Assembly (NCBI GenBank): GCA_964016885.1
Contig: OZ024742.1
Span: 68,448,001-68,512,000 of the forward strand
DNA length: 64,000 nt
Source: Eledone cirrhosa
Lineage: Eukaryota
Direction of reading: 5' to 3'
Position numbers and translations under genes: made by a program. Each line of letters starts with the position of its first letter. Position 1 is the first letter of the stretch. The notes beneath the pieces were generated by a model. The model did no database searches and was not told the DNA's origin. It was given only the letters and a program-made list of their open reading frames with translations. Below are positions 43,153-59,799 of this stretch, piece after piece.

Positions 43153-44805
43153 GCACAGACACGTGTCGTATACGTTTAGATTTAAAACGTATATATGCAC
43201 TTCGTTACACGAATGTTTTTCAACTACATCTTAACGGCCTACTAAAAATATAATAACAATAATAAAATGTGAAGAAATATATCATAAATAAAACGAACGT
43301 AATAATAATTATAAATAAATAGATATAATTGAAACATACGAATAGGAATTAAATAAACAAGTGAATTTCTTGTCATTTCCGTTTTATTTTTATGCGACTT
43401 AACAGTAAATGATGTGTGCAGTGATGTGTGTAACACTATGTTCTGTGATCTATATAGTGTTGTGTGTACTGATGTGCGTTATCTTATCAACATGTAATGT
43501 TGGCATCTGCCAACTATTCATGTGATTCTAACATATTTTTTATGGCAGCTGCGTTTATCTATCTCTCACCTCGTTCCCTCTTTATTCTTCCTCTTCCTTT
43601 CTTTCTATTTCACTTTGTGTCTTTCTTTCTCTCGTTATTGTCCTCGTTCTCTATCTATCTATCTCCCTCTCTCTCTCTCTCTCCCTCTCTCTCTCTCTCT
43701 CTCCCTCTCTCTCTCTCTCTGCTTGTATATATTTGAAATGTACTCGTCCAAAAACAAATGACCATAATAATAATTGTTTCTACATTTGGCACAAGGCCAG
43801 CAATTACCCAGTGTATTACTGGTACTTTATTTTATCGACCCCGAAAGGATGAAAGGCAAAGTTAACCTCGGCGGGATTTGAACTCAGAATGGCAAGGACC
43901 GTAACTCTATGCGTCAAAGCATGGCGTCCAACCCTCTACCGATACTGCCAATAATGATCGATCACTATATTTAATGAGTGAAAAATCAGGTAAAGTATCC
44001 CTGAAGGCTACGATGAATCGAACACCGCATCCTTCGGTTGTCAGGCGTATGCTTTAACCTCAATATAGCTGCCTTATTAAAAATATTCAAGCTTGTAATT
44101 AATTGACTTAAGAAGTATGGAGAAAATTTGAAATTTTAAATGTAATTGTCGCAACGCATAATAATACTAATAGTCCGTCATTATAAAATAATAGTTGAAT
44201 CAAACTCCAGTCGACTCTTATTATTATTGTGGTCATAACGAGTACATTTTAAATTTCAAAATTTTGCCCATGCAGATTCTATATGATATATCAAAGAATT
44301 GTCAACCCTGCACAACATATTAAACATACTTAAGAGTGGATTTCTTCAACATTTGCCCTCATGTGGAAAAGTTCACTAAAGGCGATACTTCAAAGTAGTC
44401 GGTTTGATTATGTATAGTATTTTTTGTGTTCTTACTCAGCATGACAGTGTAAGCATTTTATAGCTTGTTGTAATAATGTACTGTTAAACCACATTAATTC
44501 TTCATAACTAAAGGTTTCGTGCTCTTATCGTTAATCCACTGTACTAGTTGACAATTAGTCACTGATGAGAATTATCAACTAATGCTAACTCTTAGGCATG
44601 AGGAAATAATCCAGTTTGTCAATGTATATTCGAAGCAACGCCTAAGCCCGCAAGCTAGTATTTATGCAAGTAAAAACTGTCTGATGGGATCGTATCTGAA
44701 GATAACATAACAGATATCATCGAAATATGTATAACAGTGATTACGTGATAAATAGATTGTAGTAAATTTCAAACATACTGCCTTCTAAATCACTACTGTG
44801 TGCGT

Positions 44806-44931
<126 letters not shown>

Positions 44932-46069
44932 CGTGCGTGCGCGTGTGTGTGAAAAGGAATCCGTGGAGGACAATCTCGGAGAAATCGAAGAGAGTCGTTC
45001 CTGATATCCGAGGTTTCCCTACGGATATCTTGATAATGGATGGAACATCCGAATTATTGGGACTAATAAATTGCTAACGTAACAATCAGCCATTCTTGTC
45101 CTTTTATTGTCTTCCTTCTCCCACTCGTTGCGTTCTACCCCACCTTCTCAACTCTCTTCCGACTTTGTTGCCTTAGAGGTCTATGAAATAGGTACCCGTA
45201 ATAGTCTCAGATAAATTTAATCAGTTATACCACTTCTTCACACATCTGGGACCTGCTCATAAGACTACTTAACTACGTTGCCTTTACTTTTATAGTTCAA
45301 ATCAGTCTTTCATTATTCTGGACAGTTAATATAAGAATCAGTAATATAAGAATCAGTAATATACTGTTGTATATATTGTCAGCTATTGCCTTTCTGTACG
45401 AACCAGTGATCTTGTGTGAAAAATCATTTAAAGATTTAAAGGCCTTGTAGCCTTTACACACTCTGTTCACTCCTCGCTAACGTTGTATTTGCCTTTTATC
45501 CATCCATATTAGATAAAAATAACTGCCAGTAATACGCTGGATAGAAAAATTGTCGATTCAATCCACACTATCACTAGACCTACCCCAACTTTCCTACAAA
45601 TATGTGACTTTATGCCAAAGTTTCAAATCAATATTCAGTTTCCACAATAATCCAATTTCCCCCTCAACAAACACCCACCCACTCCCGGAAAATGTTCCAT
45701 TTATTTATGAAAGGCTGTGTGAGTTATAAATTGCCGTTTCTCGCCGTTTCTGTTCATTTAAATAAAGAACTGACAATAAATTCAGGAACATAGCACAATG
45801 CAAGACATCAAATTTGAAATCTTGAGATATTCCCATAATTCCGTGTTCTCTTTTTTCTTTTCTATCTTTCTTTTACTTTTTCCTTTCATTTCAAATCATT
45901 GTAAATCATAAAGATGAGTTACTTGTGAGATTTCATAAATTTCTTTACACCATCTCCTTCTCATCCATTCGTTGTTTCTTTCTCATATACATAAACACAT
46001 ACTCTCTGGTTTCTTCTGTGTATATGATTATTCATATGTGTATATGAGTTAGAGAGAGAGTGTGTGTAC

Positions 46070-46100
<31 letters not shown>

Positions 46101-46101
46101 T

Positions 46102-46207
<106 letters not shown>

Positions 46208-46399
46208 TTGTGGAGGGATGCACGTTTATTTATATATATAAATATATGAACGTAAGTATAAATGTGTTATATGTTGTATAGTTTATATTTATTGAGAAAC
46301 AGTTGTTTCATTGCATTGCTAGTCGGCGTTTCACGCAAATAACATACTCAAACGATTGCTCAGGCAATATTTGGTGAATAATTGAAGCTGTATCTCCAA

Positions 46400-47290
46400 C
46401 ACGCTAGCTAGGCCCATACTTTTTCCCCATTTCTGTTTATCATTGCACTAGACTACGCTCTGAGACTCTCAACTGACAAAATCAATAACAAAGTTATAAC
46501 CATCAAACCCCGCATGAACTCTAGGCACCCCTCTAAACATTTCACTGACCATGAATTTGCAGATAACATTGCGCTTCTTGCAGATTGTCTAGAAAATGCT
46601 CAACAACTTTTGACATCTCTCCAAGAAGCAGTCACCCTTGTTGGCCTACATCTCAATGAGGATAAACAAAGTACATATCATACTGTACAGGCAACAAGAT
46701 CAAAGCAATCAACGGCAGTGATATAAAGCAAGTCGAGGATTTTAAGTATCTTGGATCCTGGATCATGGACTCTGGGAAGGATTTTGCCACCAGAAAAGTC
46801 CACGCATGGTCAGCTTGCAACAAGATGGATCGAGTTTGGTGCGCAAATCTTTCCAACCACACCAAAATTAGGCTCTTCCAAGTAACAATTCAACCTATCT
46901 TATTATATGGAAGTGAAACATGGACGCTTTTATCCAAATAACAAAAGCGCCTACACTCGCTTACTTCGACACATTCAGAACATAAGCTGGCAACATCTGA
47001 CTTTGAAAGAAATATATGCCGGCCTCCCACGCATATCTGTCGTTGTACGTAAAAGGAGAGTAAGATTTTCTGGCCACTGCCATCGTGCCACCTCTAAGGC
47101 TGTGTTCCCACTAGTACCCTGGAAACCACAAGCAGTCACTAATAACATGGGGCGCAAGCTCTCCTATCCCGATGTCATCTCCAGAGCTACTAATATTGAA
47201 ATCCAGGACATGGCAACGGCAATGAACGACAGACCCACGTGGAGATCAATTGTTGAGTCGATTTCGACAGAGGCCGCCGGATGATTAAAT
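46400..47290 (+). mobile_element. RTE-group LINE 3' fragment (RT domain)
   Basis: PFLFIIALDYAL, EFADNIALL, GLHLN, VEDFKYLGSWI, ILLYGSETWTL, RRVRFSGHCHR and MNDRPTWR. Confidence 0.88.
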
Positions 47291-49407
47291 CTGCTACAAC
47301 TAACCCCATCCAAGTAGAATGTCTGGCCTTGTACAAATGCTAGAAGTCATCATTATTGTTATTATTCAAAATACTTCATAGTATGCTCTGGATTCAAATA
47401 ATGATTTTATCCAAAGTCATTAAAATCGTACGTAATTCATCTAAAATATCTTCAACTAGACATCAAATTTACATCTTGTTCTACTGTGATCAACAATAAA
47501 ATGTATTTTCGAATCATAATTTTTTGCTTTTTTTTTTTTTAAGAAATAAAGGCGAATGTGTGATATTCATTTTGATTCTTTTCAAAGACGAGTGATATAT
47601 ATGTTGTTCATTGTTTAAACTTGGAAATGAAAGTATATTAAAGACTTTAGCACTGTTCTACTGCAATAACTTCATTACATCTTATATTCTTAGAAGGAGT
47701 GTTGGAGTGTGATAATGTGATATTCATTGCTTTCCTGAGAGATGTATTCATATAACAGATGTATAATATGAAATTCTGATATGTGGAATCAAAAAATGTG
47801 CAATATGTGATGCGAAATGTGAAAGTGTTCGATGAGAAATGAGACATGTGACATGTGGAATGGGACCATGTGCAATGTGAAACTATATGTATGGAGCCGT
47901 AGCTCCTGATGGAGTCGTAGGAGCGTATGTTGAGTACTCTAAACCTGGCGGTGCCCATCCCCTCTCAACGTCTGATCACAGCCGATTTCTTCCAAAGAGG
48001 GAAGGAGAGGGCGTGAGAAATAGAGGGAGGGTGATAAAGAGATATAGAGAAAGAAACGACCCCATTATCGGACTGATACTTTTTTATCGATCTCGAAAAG
48101 AGGAAAAGAAAAGTTGACCTCAAAGGGATTTGAAGTCGATGTGCAGTGAACTGAAACGAATAATGCAAAGCATTCTATCCGACATTCTAAAGACTCTGCC
48201 AATTACTTTCAATGTAGTCAAAAGAAACATAAAAGCTGCCATGTTATGTGGAAATGTTGCCTATGAGAAACCAGCGTTCTAGCTCTGATCTGAGGTATTC
48301 ATCTCGCGTCCAGTTACTGCCAGGAAACTTGATCTTTACATTGGCTACTGGATGGAAAGGATATGTACATTGATTTAGATTTCCGAAAACAAGTGAATAG
48401 ATGCCATACCATTGAATCAGTAATAGTCAACTCCCTTGAAATACAATACGCTTTCCTGTAAAACTACATTTTATCAGCACGTGCAAGTCTGTTTATTAAA
48501 TTATTTCCACTCAGAACTGTATTATTATATTATTTCTGTTTGCTTTATCAAGAAAAGCTCCGACATGGCATTTCGGAAAACAAGCAATACTACTAAAAAA
48601 GCCCTATACAATTAAATTTAAAAATATGAACATAAATATTAAATATTTTAAACAATAGAACTAATTAAATAAATACACTTTAAAAATATGCTAAAATGTT
48701 TAATGCTAATTTGAACCCACCCACCCTTATCCTCATTTAACAAACCTTTATATAATCGAATTGAAATGTTATACATCTTTTGATCCTTTTTAATTTTGAA
48801 ATCCCAAAGGAAGAGAAGTTGTTGCTACTGTTGTTTGTTGTTAGTGTTTGCCAAAACGTCAAAACAGCAAATATTTCTCCTGGTTCATACATGATTCATG
48901 GACTTCATAAACTACATTACATTATTAAAATTCAGGAAATAATTTTCAAAACAGTTAATGCAACAAAATAACAATGATGTTAGCAACAACAGAAGCAACA
49001 ATAACAATAAGATTAGTAATAAAAATAATAACAATATTAAAACTGATAACAAAAATAATAAAAGTCAACGAACATTATAGCTAGTTATACAACACCCCAA
49101 CTCAGTCTTTCGTTTTCCCTTCCTACATCACTCTTGGGTTTTGTTTTAAAATTCCTTCCATCCATTCATTATAATGACAGATAAATCTAATTTCTATCCA
49201 ATCCCAAAGATTCCAACTAATTCCACAATGGGAATTTCTCATTGTCTTTGGCATAAATTCCTTTATATGATGTGAAATCGATTCATTTAAAAGGTTACCA
49301 TAATAGAAGGAAAATATATAAACGTACACATTTACAAACACACATGTATGTACGTAAGCATATAAGAAGATGGACAAATATTCAAGCATTCGCACAAGTG
49401 CATATAG

Positions 49408-49452
<45 letters not shown>

Positions 49453-49553
49453 CACACACTATCTCTCTTTCTATCACACACACACGTACACACACAAACA
49501 GGCACAAAAACTTAAATTTGTACAAACATTTATTATACAGATATGAACAAATT

Positions 49554-49610
<57 letters not shown>

Positions 49611-49683
49611 CATGCATGCTATCAATATCTATCTCTCATACACACACACACACACACATACACACACATACATACAAACAAAC

Positions 49684-51330
<1,647 letters not shown>

Positions 51331-51406
51331 TGATATATATTTATCCTTATCGAGCCCTCTTTGGATTTTAGTCTTCAAATTTATTATTATTACTATATAT
51401 ATATAA

Positions 51407-51942
51407 ATGGAAAAGAATGAAATGAAATTTCTCACTCTTAGTACGGCTGATACTTAAATATAAGTATGTATACGTACATACATATATGTATACAAACGTA
51501 CAGTAGTATGTATATATATATACATACATGCACACATGTATATATGTACGTATGGATTTACCGAACATTTATTATAATGTTCGGTTTGTTTGTAAACAAA
51601 CAGCCCGAATTAAGCCGTACAGTGTTCGGCAACCATCGTCACCCTTTTGTTCAACACTGACAAAGGAGCGATGAACTAGTTTCAAGCTTATTAGCTATCG
51701 TCAGCATCGTATACCTACCTGTCACATGATTGAACGTTTGAAAGTATATACTTTCCTTATGCATATTAACGGCAGAGCAGCCTAATTTGCATATCGAGTA
51801 AGTTAGTCGACCAGGCTTACCGAAAACGATAAATGGAAAAGAATGAAACGAAATTTCATTTCATTTCTCACTCTTACTACGGCTGATACTTAAATATAAG
51901 TATGTATACGTACATACATATATGTATGTACGTATACATACT

Positions 51943-51948
<6 letters not shown>
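51407..51948 (-). mobile_element. Retrozyme-like family A copy, about 1.25 units, HHR at 51669-51709
   Basis: aatggaaaagaatgaaa..tctcactctta recurs about 425 bp later. CGAUG-CUGACGA-U-AGCU-AAUA-AGCU-U-GAA-ACUAGU-U-CAUCG. Confidence 0.85.
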
Positions 51949-51985
<37 letters not shown>

Positions 51986-52345
51986 GCTCACAAAAAATTG
52001 AACTACGGAGGGCGGAATCGGTAGACCGTAAGACACCATTCTTCGCGGCATAGAGTTACGACCCTTTACGCTCTGAGTTCAAATCCCATCACGGTTAGCT
52101 TTGCCTTTCATCCTTACGGGGTCGGTGAAACTATATATATATACATATAGCTCACAAAAAATTGAACTACGGTTTTCGTTTTTTCTTTTTATCGTGTACA
52201 ACCTTTGCTATTTATTACTACTGTAATATTTTAATCATACATACATGTATGTGTGTGTGTGTTTGTGTGTGTGGTTGTGTGTGCGCATTCATGTGTATAG
52301 AGGTGGAGTGAAGGTGTGTGTGAGTGTTTTATAATGTCAAATCTG

Positions 52346-52407
<62 letters not shown>

Positions 52408-52411
<4 letters not shown>

Positions 52412-54373
52412 AAATTGAGGTTGGTAATGGCACATGGAATATATAAGAGACAGAATACTTTTTTGTGAAAAAACATATAATTTTATAAGGTAAGGAAATA
52501 ATAAAGGGTATAAAAAATGACCGGTTTCGATGGGTCTGCAAAAGCCATCTTTTCAAATGTTGATTAATATTAAGAAAAATTAATAATAAGAAGAGTTAAA
52601 ATTTGAGATTTGAAAATTCAAGTATAAAATTCATTGTGGGATTTCACAGTAGTTTTCATCTTGGTAGCAGCTCGTTTAGAAATACCGAGACGCATCAACA
52701 AAGATTTTATCACTGACGGACTCCGCTTTATCCTACAAAATAACTACTTCACATTCAATGGTTCAACATACAGACAAGTATCAGGTACGGCAATGGGCAC
52801 GAAAGTAGCACCCACATATGCCAACCTAGTCATGGGATTCCATGAACAACAAATATACAGTCAGTCCCTTCTCTTATTTGGAGACTCTTTCCACACACAC
52901 CTCAAAGCCAATTGGAAAAGATATCTAGACGACTGCTTTATCCTATGGCAAGAAGACATGAACTCACTTACTATGTTTAAAAACATAATAAACAACATAG
53001 ATAATAACATACAATTCACAATGGAATCCAATCCCAAGGAATTAGCCTTCTTGGATATTCTCATCTCTGTAATAGACGGGAAATTAGATACAGATATATT
53101 CTATAAACCCACAGATTCCAAGCAATACCTCTTTTTCACATCAAGTCACCCAAAACATACAAAACTTAACATTCCTTACAATTTGGCCAAACGTATATGT
53201 ACCATAGTATCAGATCCACCTAAACGGGAGCAAAGACTAAAGGAACTAAAAGACACCCTTATCTTAAGAGCCCTTCCACTTGAAATAATCAACAATGGAA
53301 TAGACAGGGCAAAACACCTAAATCCCCATCAACTTAACAATCCAAAACAGAAAACCACACTCAACACCCTGCCATATGTATCCACTTTCAACCCCAGAAA
53401 TACCGAAATGTTTGATCACCTACACAAAAACCTCCCCATCCTACTTAAAGATGTAAAAATGAAGTCTATTCTTGAAACACACAAGATCCTTAAAAGTAAA
53501 AGAAACCCAAATCACTAAAACGCATTCTCACTGGACCAAATATACCCAAACCAATCCTCAACCCTACAGTTACCAAATGTGGTAGAACAAACTGTGGAAC
53601 GTGCCTCTACCTCACTGAAGGACAAAAATTTACATTTAAAGATGGCCAAACATTTACAGTAAAAAACAATTTCACCTGCAACTCGGAGAACTTGATTTAC
53701 GCAATAACTTGCGGTGGGTGCAAACACAACTACATAGGACAGACGGGCACCTCATTACGCAAAAGAATGACCATCCACCGCCAACAAATCCGGGACGCTA
53801 GCACAAGAAAAATCCTCTTGAGCAGCCATATTGCGAACTGCGCAGGAATGACACTACCCAACTTTTAAATCTTCCCCTTCTACAAGTGCTCAGATTCGTT
53901 CACACAGCAACAAAGAATAAACAAAGAAAATCTATTCCTTAACAAATTTAAACCAAAACTAAACGGGTTATCACCCCAACAGAATTGTCATAAAATATAA
54001 ACACACATACGCACGGAGTGACAGATATATGTGTTTGTAGGTGTGCATGTATATAATTATCACTACTATTAAAGACCAGAGACCAATTCTGTAGAATCAG
54101 GTTTATTCGTTGACAGACCATGCCTTTGTGTGACCAACACATCCATGTTAAACCCTGCACGTGCACACACATATATCTATATATATATGCGCACACAGAA
54201 TTCACCACTGTCGGTTGCGGGGCCCAATCTACATGAAGAACTCAATGTGATCAGAATGACTTGTATTTTAATTTCACTGTCCTAACTTCTTATATTATGG
54301 AAAAAATATATGTGTATGTATGTATATATATATATTTGGAGACCATTTCTCTGTGTGTGGGTGTATGTATGTG

Positions 54374-54417
<44 letters not shown>

Positions 54418-54456
54418 TGCATGTGGATGTATGTATTGTGTGTGCGTGTGTGTGTG

Positions 54457-54495
<39 letters not shown>

Positions 54496-54781
54496 GTGTA
54501 TCTGGATGTATGCGTATGTGTATATATATGTGTGTGTGTGTATATATATATGTGTGTGTATGTGTATATATGTGTGTGTGTGTGTGTGTTTGTATGTGTG
54601 TATGTATATATATGTGTGTGTGTGTGTATGTATGTGTGTATCTGGATGTATGTGTATGTATATATATGTGTGTGTGTGTATATATATATATGTGTGTGTG
54701 TGTATGTGCATATATGTGTGTATGTATATGTGTGTGTGTATATATATGTATGTGTGTGTGTATGTACGTGTGTATATGTAT

Positions 54782-54835
<54 letters not shown>

Positions 54836-55402
54836 ATATGTGTATGTATATGTATATGTATGTATGTGTGGATGAAGGTATGTGTGTATATATAGGTGTA
54901 AGTGCACTAAATCCCTTTCTATCAATCTCCCCTCTCCTACCTACCACAGGAAGATATATGTATGTATATTGCTTCCATCCCTCACTGACCAGCAGCTGGC
55001 CATCTGGCCATTGCTAAATTTGACCTTTATAAAATAACCCACACCCCCAAATAACTTCTCATTCACTACCAGAAAGGGACCCAGCAGTCAACGAGCTGCT
55101 AAACGAGCTGCTACCAAGATGAAAACTACTGTGAAATCCCACAATGAATTTTATACTTGAATTTTCAAATCTCAAATTTTAACTCTTCTTATTATTAATT
55201 TTTCTTAATATTAATCAACATTTGAAAAGATGGCTTTTGCAGACCCATCGAAACCGGTCATTTTTTATACCCTTTATTATTTCCTTACCTTATAAAATTA
55301 TATGTTTTTTCACAAAAAAGTATTCTGTCTCTTATATATTCCATGTGCCATTACCAACCTCAATTTTCTCTATAACCTTCGTTTTGTGTAGTAAATTACA
55401 CT

Positions 55403-55405
<3 letters not shown>
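52408..55405 (+). mobile_element. Neptune-type Penelope-like element: 5'-truncated RT, GIY-YIG, 3'UTR and an inverted 5' pseudo-LTR
   Basis: RT: NYFTFNG..QVSGTAMGTKVAPTYANL, WKRYLDDCF, FLDI, YKPTDSKQYL..SSHP. After a frameshift near 53515: CGRTNCGTC..NLIYAITCGGCKHNYIGQTGTSLRKRMTIH..KPKLN. 52408-52679 is the reverse complement of 55099-55370. Confidence 0.93.
55219..55261 (+). ncRNA. Hammerhead ribozyme, U3-A8 core (UUGAAAA); inverted copy at 52517-52558
   Basis: UUGAAAA-GAUGG..CCAUC-GAA-ACCGGU-C. Stem I is weak. Confidence 0.65.
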
Positions 55406-55464
<59 letters not shown>

Positions 55465-56960
55465 TATAGAAGTAACTGAGACTGTAAATATAAATTTACT
55501 CATTTTTAGTATATAGACATGTAAACACGACAAATATACGTATTTTCCAGTGAATCGAAAAATGAGAAACACCTTCAATCGATTTTCGAACCCCAGTCAG
55601 GTCCCACATCAGAATGCATGTATATCATCTAAATCTAAACAACCACGTGGAAATAGGTAATTGAGTATCTTCTGTACACCTTCACTTATAGCGGATCCTG
55701 AGATGGACACTCTAACCACTAAGCCACGTACCATCATATATAATAGTATAAAGATATCAGTTACATCATTTTATTTCCTCTTGTTGTACCCGCTCTGGCG
55801 TTTTCGTAAGCTTTCTAACTGCGATTATAATATAATAATGGTTTCTGATTTAGGCACAAAGCCAGCAATTTAGGAGGAGGAGGAGAAGTCGATTAAATCT
55901 ACAGGTACTTTATTTCACCGACCCCGTAAGGATGAAAGGCAAAGCTAACCGTGATGGGATTTGAACTCAGAGCGTAAAGGGTCGTAACTCTATGCCGCGA
56001 AGAATGGTGTCTGACGGTCTACCGATTCCGACACTCCAATACATTGCAATTGTGCATAACTCTTATGAAAGATGAGAGAGCGGGCATAAACGCGGTAACA
56101 TGTGTAAGAAATAGAATGACGTAACTTTATTTCTGTTTTCAGTTTTTTATCATCGTTATCCTGCACTGTACGACCGCAGTGAGAAACCAGTGGAACATAC
56201 TATCTGGGAAGATTTACTTCACATGCTGAACGAGAAAATATATTGAGCTCTACTCTAATATTCTGTCGAAACCTAACATTTACATAGAGTATTTGTTCCT
56301 GTAAATTTGTTTGTGTGTGCGCGATGTGTGTGTGTATGTGTGCTTGCGTGTGTGTGTGTGTGTGTGCATGTACATGTGTGTGTGTCTATGTGTGGGGGGG
56401 GTGCAACGACAAGATATGACGAAAAATGACGATATAGAAGTAAAGTTCGAGAAAGCGTCGGATGACGAACATTTCATTAGCTAACTCAAGTTACGTGTGG
56501 CTTCCACATGAATTAACATAAAATGAAGATAGGAAGATCATTTGCGACAGAACAGAATAGTACAAGAAAATGATTGAGGCTGTAAATTATTAAAACTAAT
56601 CAATTAAAATAATTAATTCAAGGGTAGTAATTGAGGTTAAAACATTCAAAATTAATAATGTGGCGTAATTAACTTAATTATTACTTGGTAAAATTATACA
56701 ATTGAAATTAGATTAAAATTGAAAGAAAAATTTAAAATAGAGATAAGTTGAATGTTACCGTAATTCAGAAGCAGAGATGACTTGATCATTACTAAGGCAA
56801 TGAAATAAAATGAAAAAATTATTTAAAGGGGGTAATTAAAGTGGTCGATAGGGAAAATCATTAAAGCGTAGAACAAATGCCTCTGTTCAAATCCCGCTGA
56901 AGACAGTTTCATCTTTCATCCTTTTGGGGCCACTAACGTATCAGTCAAGTACTAGTATCA

Positions 56961-57069
<109 letters not shown>

Positions 57070-57079
57070 CTACATACAT

Positions 57080-57930
57080 TCAGACGCACAGCAGTATGTA
57101 TATATATACATACATGCACACATATATATATGTACGTATGGATTTACCGAACATTTATTATAATGTTCGGTTTGTTTGTAAACAAACAGCCCGAATTACG
57201 CCGTACAGTGCTCGGCAACCATCGTCGCCCTTTTGTTCAACACTGACACAGGAACGATGTACTAGTTTCAAGCTTATTAGCTATCGTCAGCATCGAATAC
57301 CTTTCTGTCAGATGATTGAACATCTGAAAGTATATACTTTCCTTATGCATATTAACGGCTGAGCAGCCTAATTTGCATATCGAGTGAGTTAGTCAGCCGG
57401 GCATACCGAAAACGATAAATGGAAAAGAATGAAACGAAATTTCGTTTCTCACTCTTAGTACGGCTGATACCTAAATATAAGTATGTATGTATGTATACGT
57501 GCATACATATATGTGTACAGACGCACAGTAGTATGTATATATATACATACATGCACACCGAACATTATAATAAATGTTAGGGCGGTAGATTGGCAGTATC
57601 GGTAGAGGGTCGGACGCCATGCTTTGACGCATAGAGTTACGGCCCTTGCTATTCTGAGTTCAAATCCCGCCGAGGTTAACTTTGCCTTTCATCCTTATGG
57701 GGTCGATAAAATAAACTACCAGTAATACACTGGGTAATTGCTGGCCTTGTGCCAAAAGTAGAAACAATTATAATAAATGTTCGGTAAACCCATACGTACA
57801 TATATATATATATGTGCATGTATGTATATATATACATACTACTGTACGTCTGTACACATATATGTATGTACGTATACATACTTATATTTAGGTATCAGCC
57901 GTACTAAGAGTGAGAAACGAAATTTCGTTT
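57080..57930 (-). mobile_element. Retrozyme-like family A copy (~438-bp unit + redundancy + fold-back) interrupted by a SINE
   Basis: cagacgcacag at 57081 recurs at about 57518. The SINE at 57579-57766 has TSD attataataaatgtt. Confidence 0.85.
57255..57295 (-). ncRNA. Minimal type I hammerhead ribozyme with intact core
   Basis: CGAUG-CUGACGA-U-AGCU-AAUA-AGCU-U-GAA-ACUAGU-A-CAUCG. Confidence 0.88.
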
Positions 57931-59799
57931 CAAGCTTTTATATATATATATATCTTTCAAAATTGTTTAAACTGCATATGGGGATATGGGGAGGTCCTTG
58001 ATGTCACTCATACTGTCCAAGAAATGTACGAGTTGAATGAGAGCATAACAAACTCATCTTAAGATGCTACCAAAACCGTCGAAATAAAGCAGAAACATAG
58101 AGATCGCAGACAGACCAATGAGTTGCGCGGTATGATAATGTGTTAAGCAAAATGGTATAATTTGTTCAAAAGTAAGTAATTAACTTCACAAATTGCAAAC
58201 TTAAAGTTAAATGTCATACTTCAAGTCGTCAAGTCGTATTTTCGTTATATAACCTTGAATATGCATACAATAACTATTGGATTACTTGCCATAACAGTGT
58301 TAATTATTTTTTATTTAAGTCACTTAACTGGAGTACCACTCTGCAACGTATTGATGTATTTCCCCCTTCGGGTTACCCAGTGTGGGTTTAATGTTTTCAA
58401 GATTAAGGACATGAATATTTGACAGTTAAAGTTTTTGATTGCAAAGTATAAAATTTAGATGTTAGTAGCACTTGCATTATTGAATGACATTTCATGAAAT
58501 ACTACTCTTCATAGTTTGCATGTAGCTGATCCATTCAACAAAATATTAAACACGAATATCTTTGTTTGCCAAGAGAGTTCTTCTTATGTGCAACCTAAAT
58601 ATGTAGAGGCAAAAATGACTCACATAATCAACATTTACAGGTTTGCTCTGCAAGCTATATTTCAAGTGTCTAGTTTCACGATTGTTGGTCCTAGATTTCG
58701 ATATTCAACTGGTTTTTAATTGGAACGTATTCGGAATATGAATGTATTTGAAAGATAGCTATTTTCTTGCATGCAAGCCAGAAGAAAAATGTTTCATCTC
58801 CTACTCAAGATATTGACCGGTTTTACACAATTTGTAATTATTCTGAAATGATACATGCTTGTACTTTTGTGATTTCTTTTGTAGAGTTTTCTATTGCCGT
58901 ATCTTTTAGATACAAAAAGTACTTTGAAAAGAAGTGGGATTGTTTTTGTTCATATTTCTAAGTGAAGATGTGTACTGTATATGTCGGTCTTGAATGAGTT
59001 TTTAGTAAACTTGATTTAGATATTTTCCATGCAATCAATAGCTTCTACATCGGCTCTAAATAAGTCTTCTTTGAATAAACATTTATCATTAAGGGGAAAA
59101 TTAGCTATATTTCTACATTTATATTCGAGCTGAGGTGGTTGTCTCATATTTCTGAATTATTTTATTATAGTAGGAAATTTATTACCCTATACTGCATAGA
59201 CAAATGTAGCTAAATTACTGATAAAAATGTTATAGTGTCTGCATAAGTGTTATCATATCAACTTTACGAAGACATTTGCTATATTTGTTGCTATATGAAA
59301 ATTTGTCTTTGGTGTAAAGTTGTTTTTTATATATTATATATTTTAGCTTATCTTGCCAAGACACTGTTTTAGTGTGAGGCAGTTATATTAAATATTTATT
59401 TGATGATAGATTAGAAAGGCATCTACAAATGTTGTATGTGGTGTGGTGTGGTGTAATTGATTAATGTATATTGTCTCTTCATTCGGCTTTTGCTAGGGGA
59501 TCTTTACCTGTGTTCAATTTTTTCTGTTATGTGTAGGAAATTTGGTATTTTCAGGATTGTATTTATTGTAAATTTTCATTAAATTGTTTGAATTCCATTG
59601 TTACTAAATTTACTGTTGGTTTCAGCTTCGATAATACGACGTAATTTAATAGAAACACTACAAAAATGTTATTATCTGTTACTTGTATTTGCTTTCTACT
59701 TCAGAAATCCAATATATTTTGCTCATACTCATTTTGTTTTGATTAATTCTTATTTGGGGTTTAATATAAAGTATTCTTTAGATATAAAGTATTCTTTAG

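Noticed and set aside
44000-44073. tRNA-like sequence on the minus strand
   Set aside because: The stems are broken. It is more consistent with a decayed SINE head or tRNA pseudogene than with a functional tRNA.
58500-59600. Faint PLE RT-like fragments on the minus strand
   Set aside because: Too degraded to support without a translated profile search.
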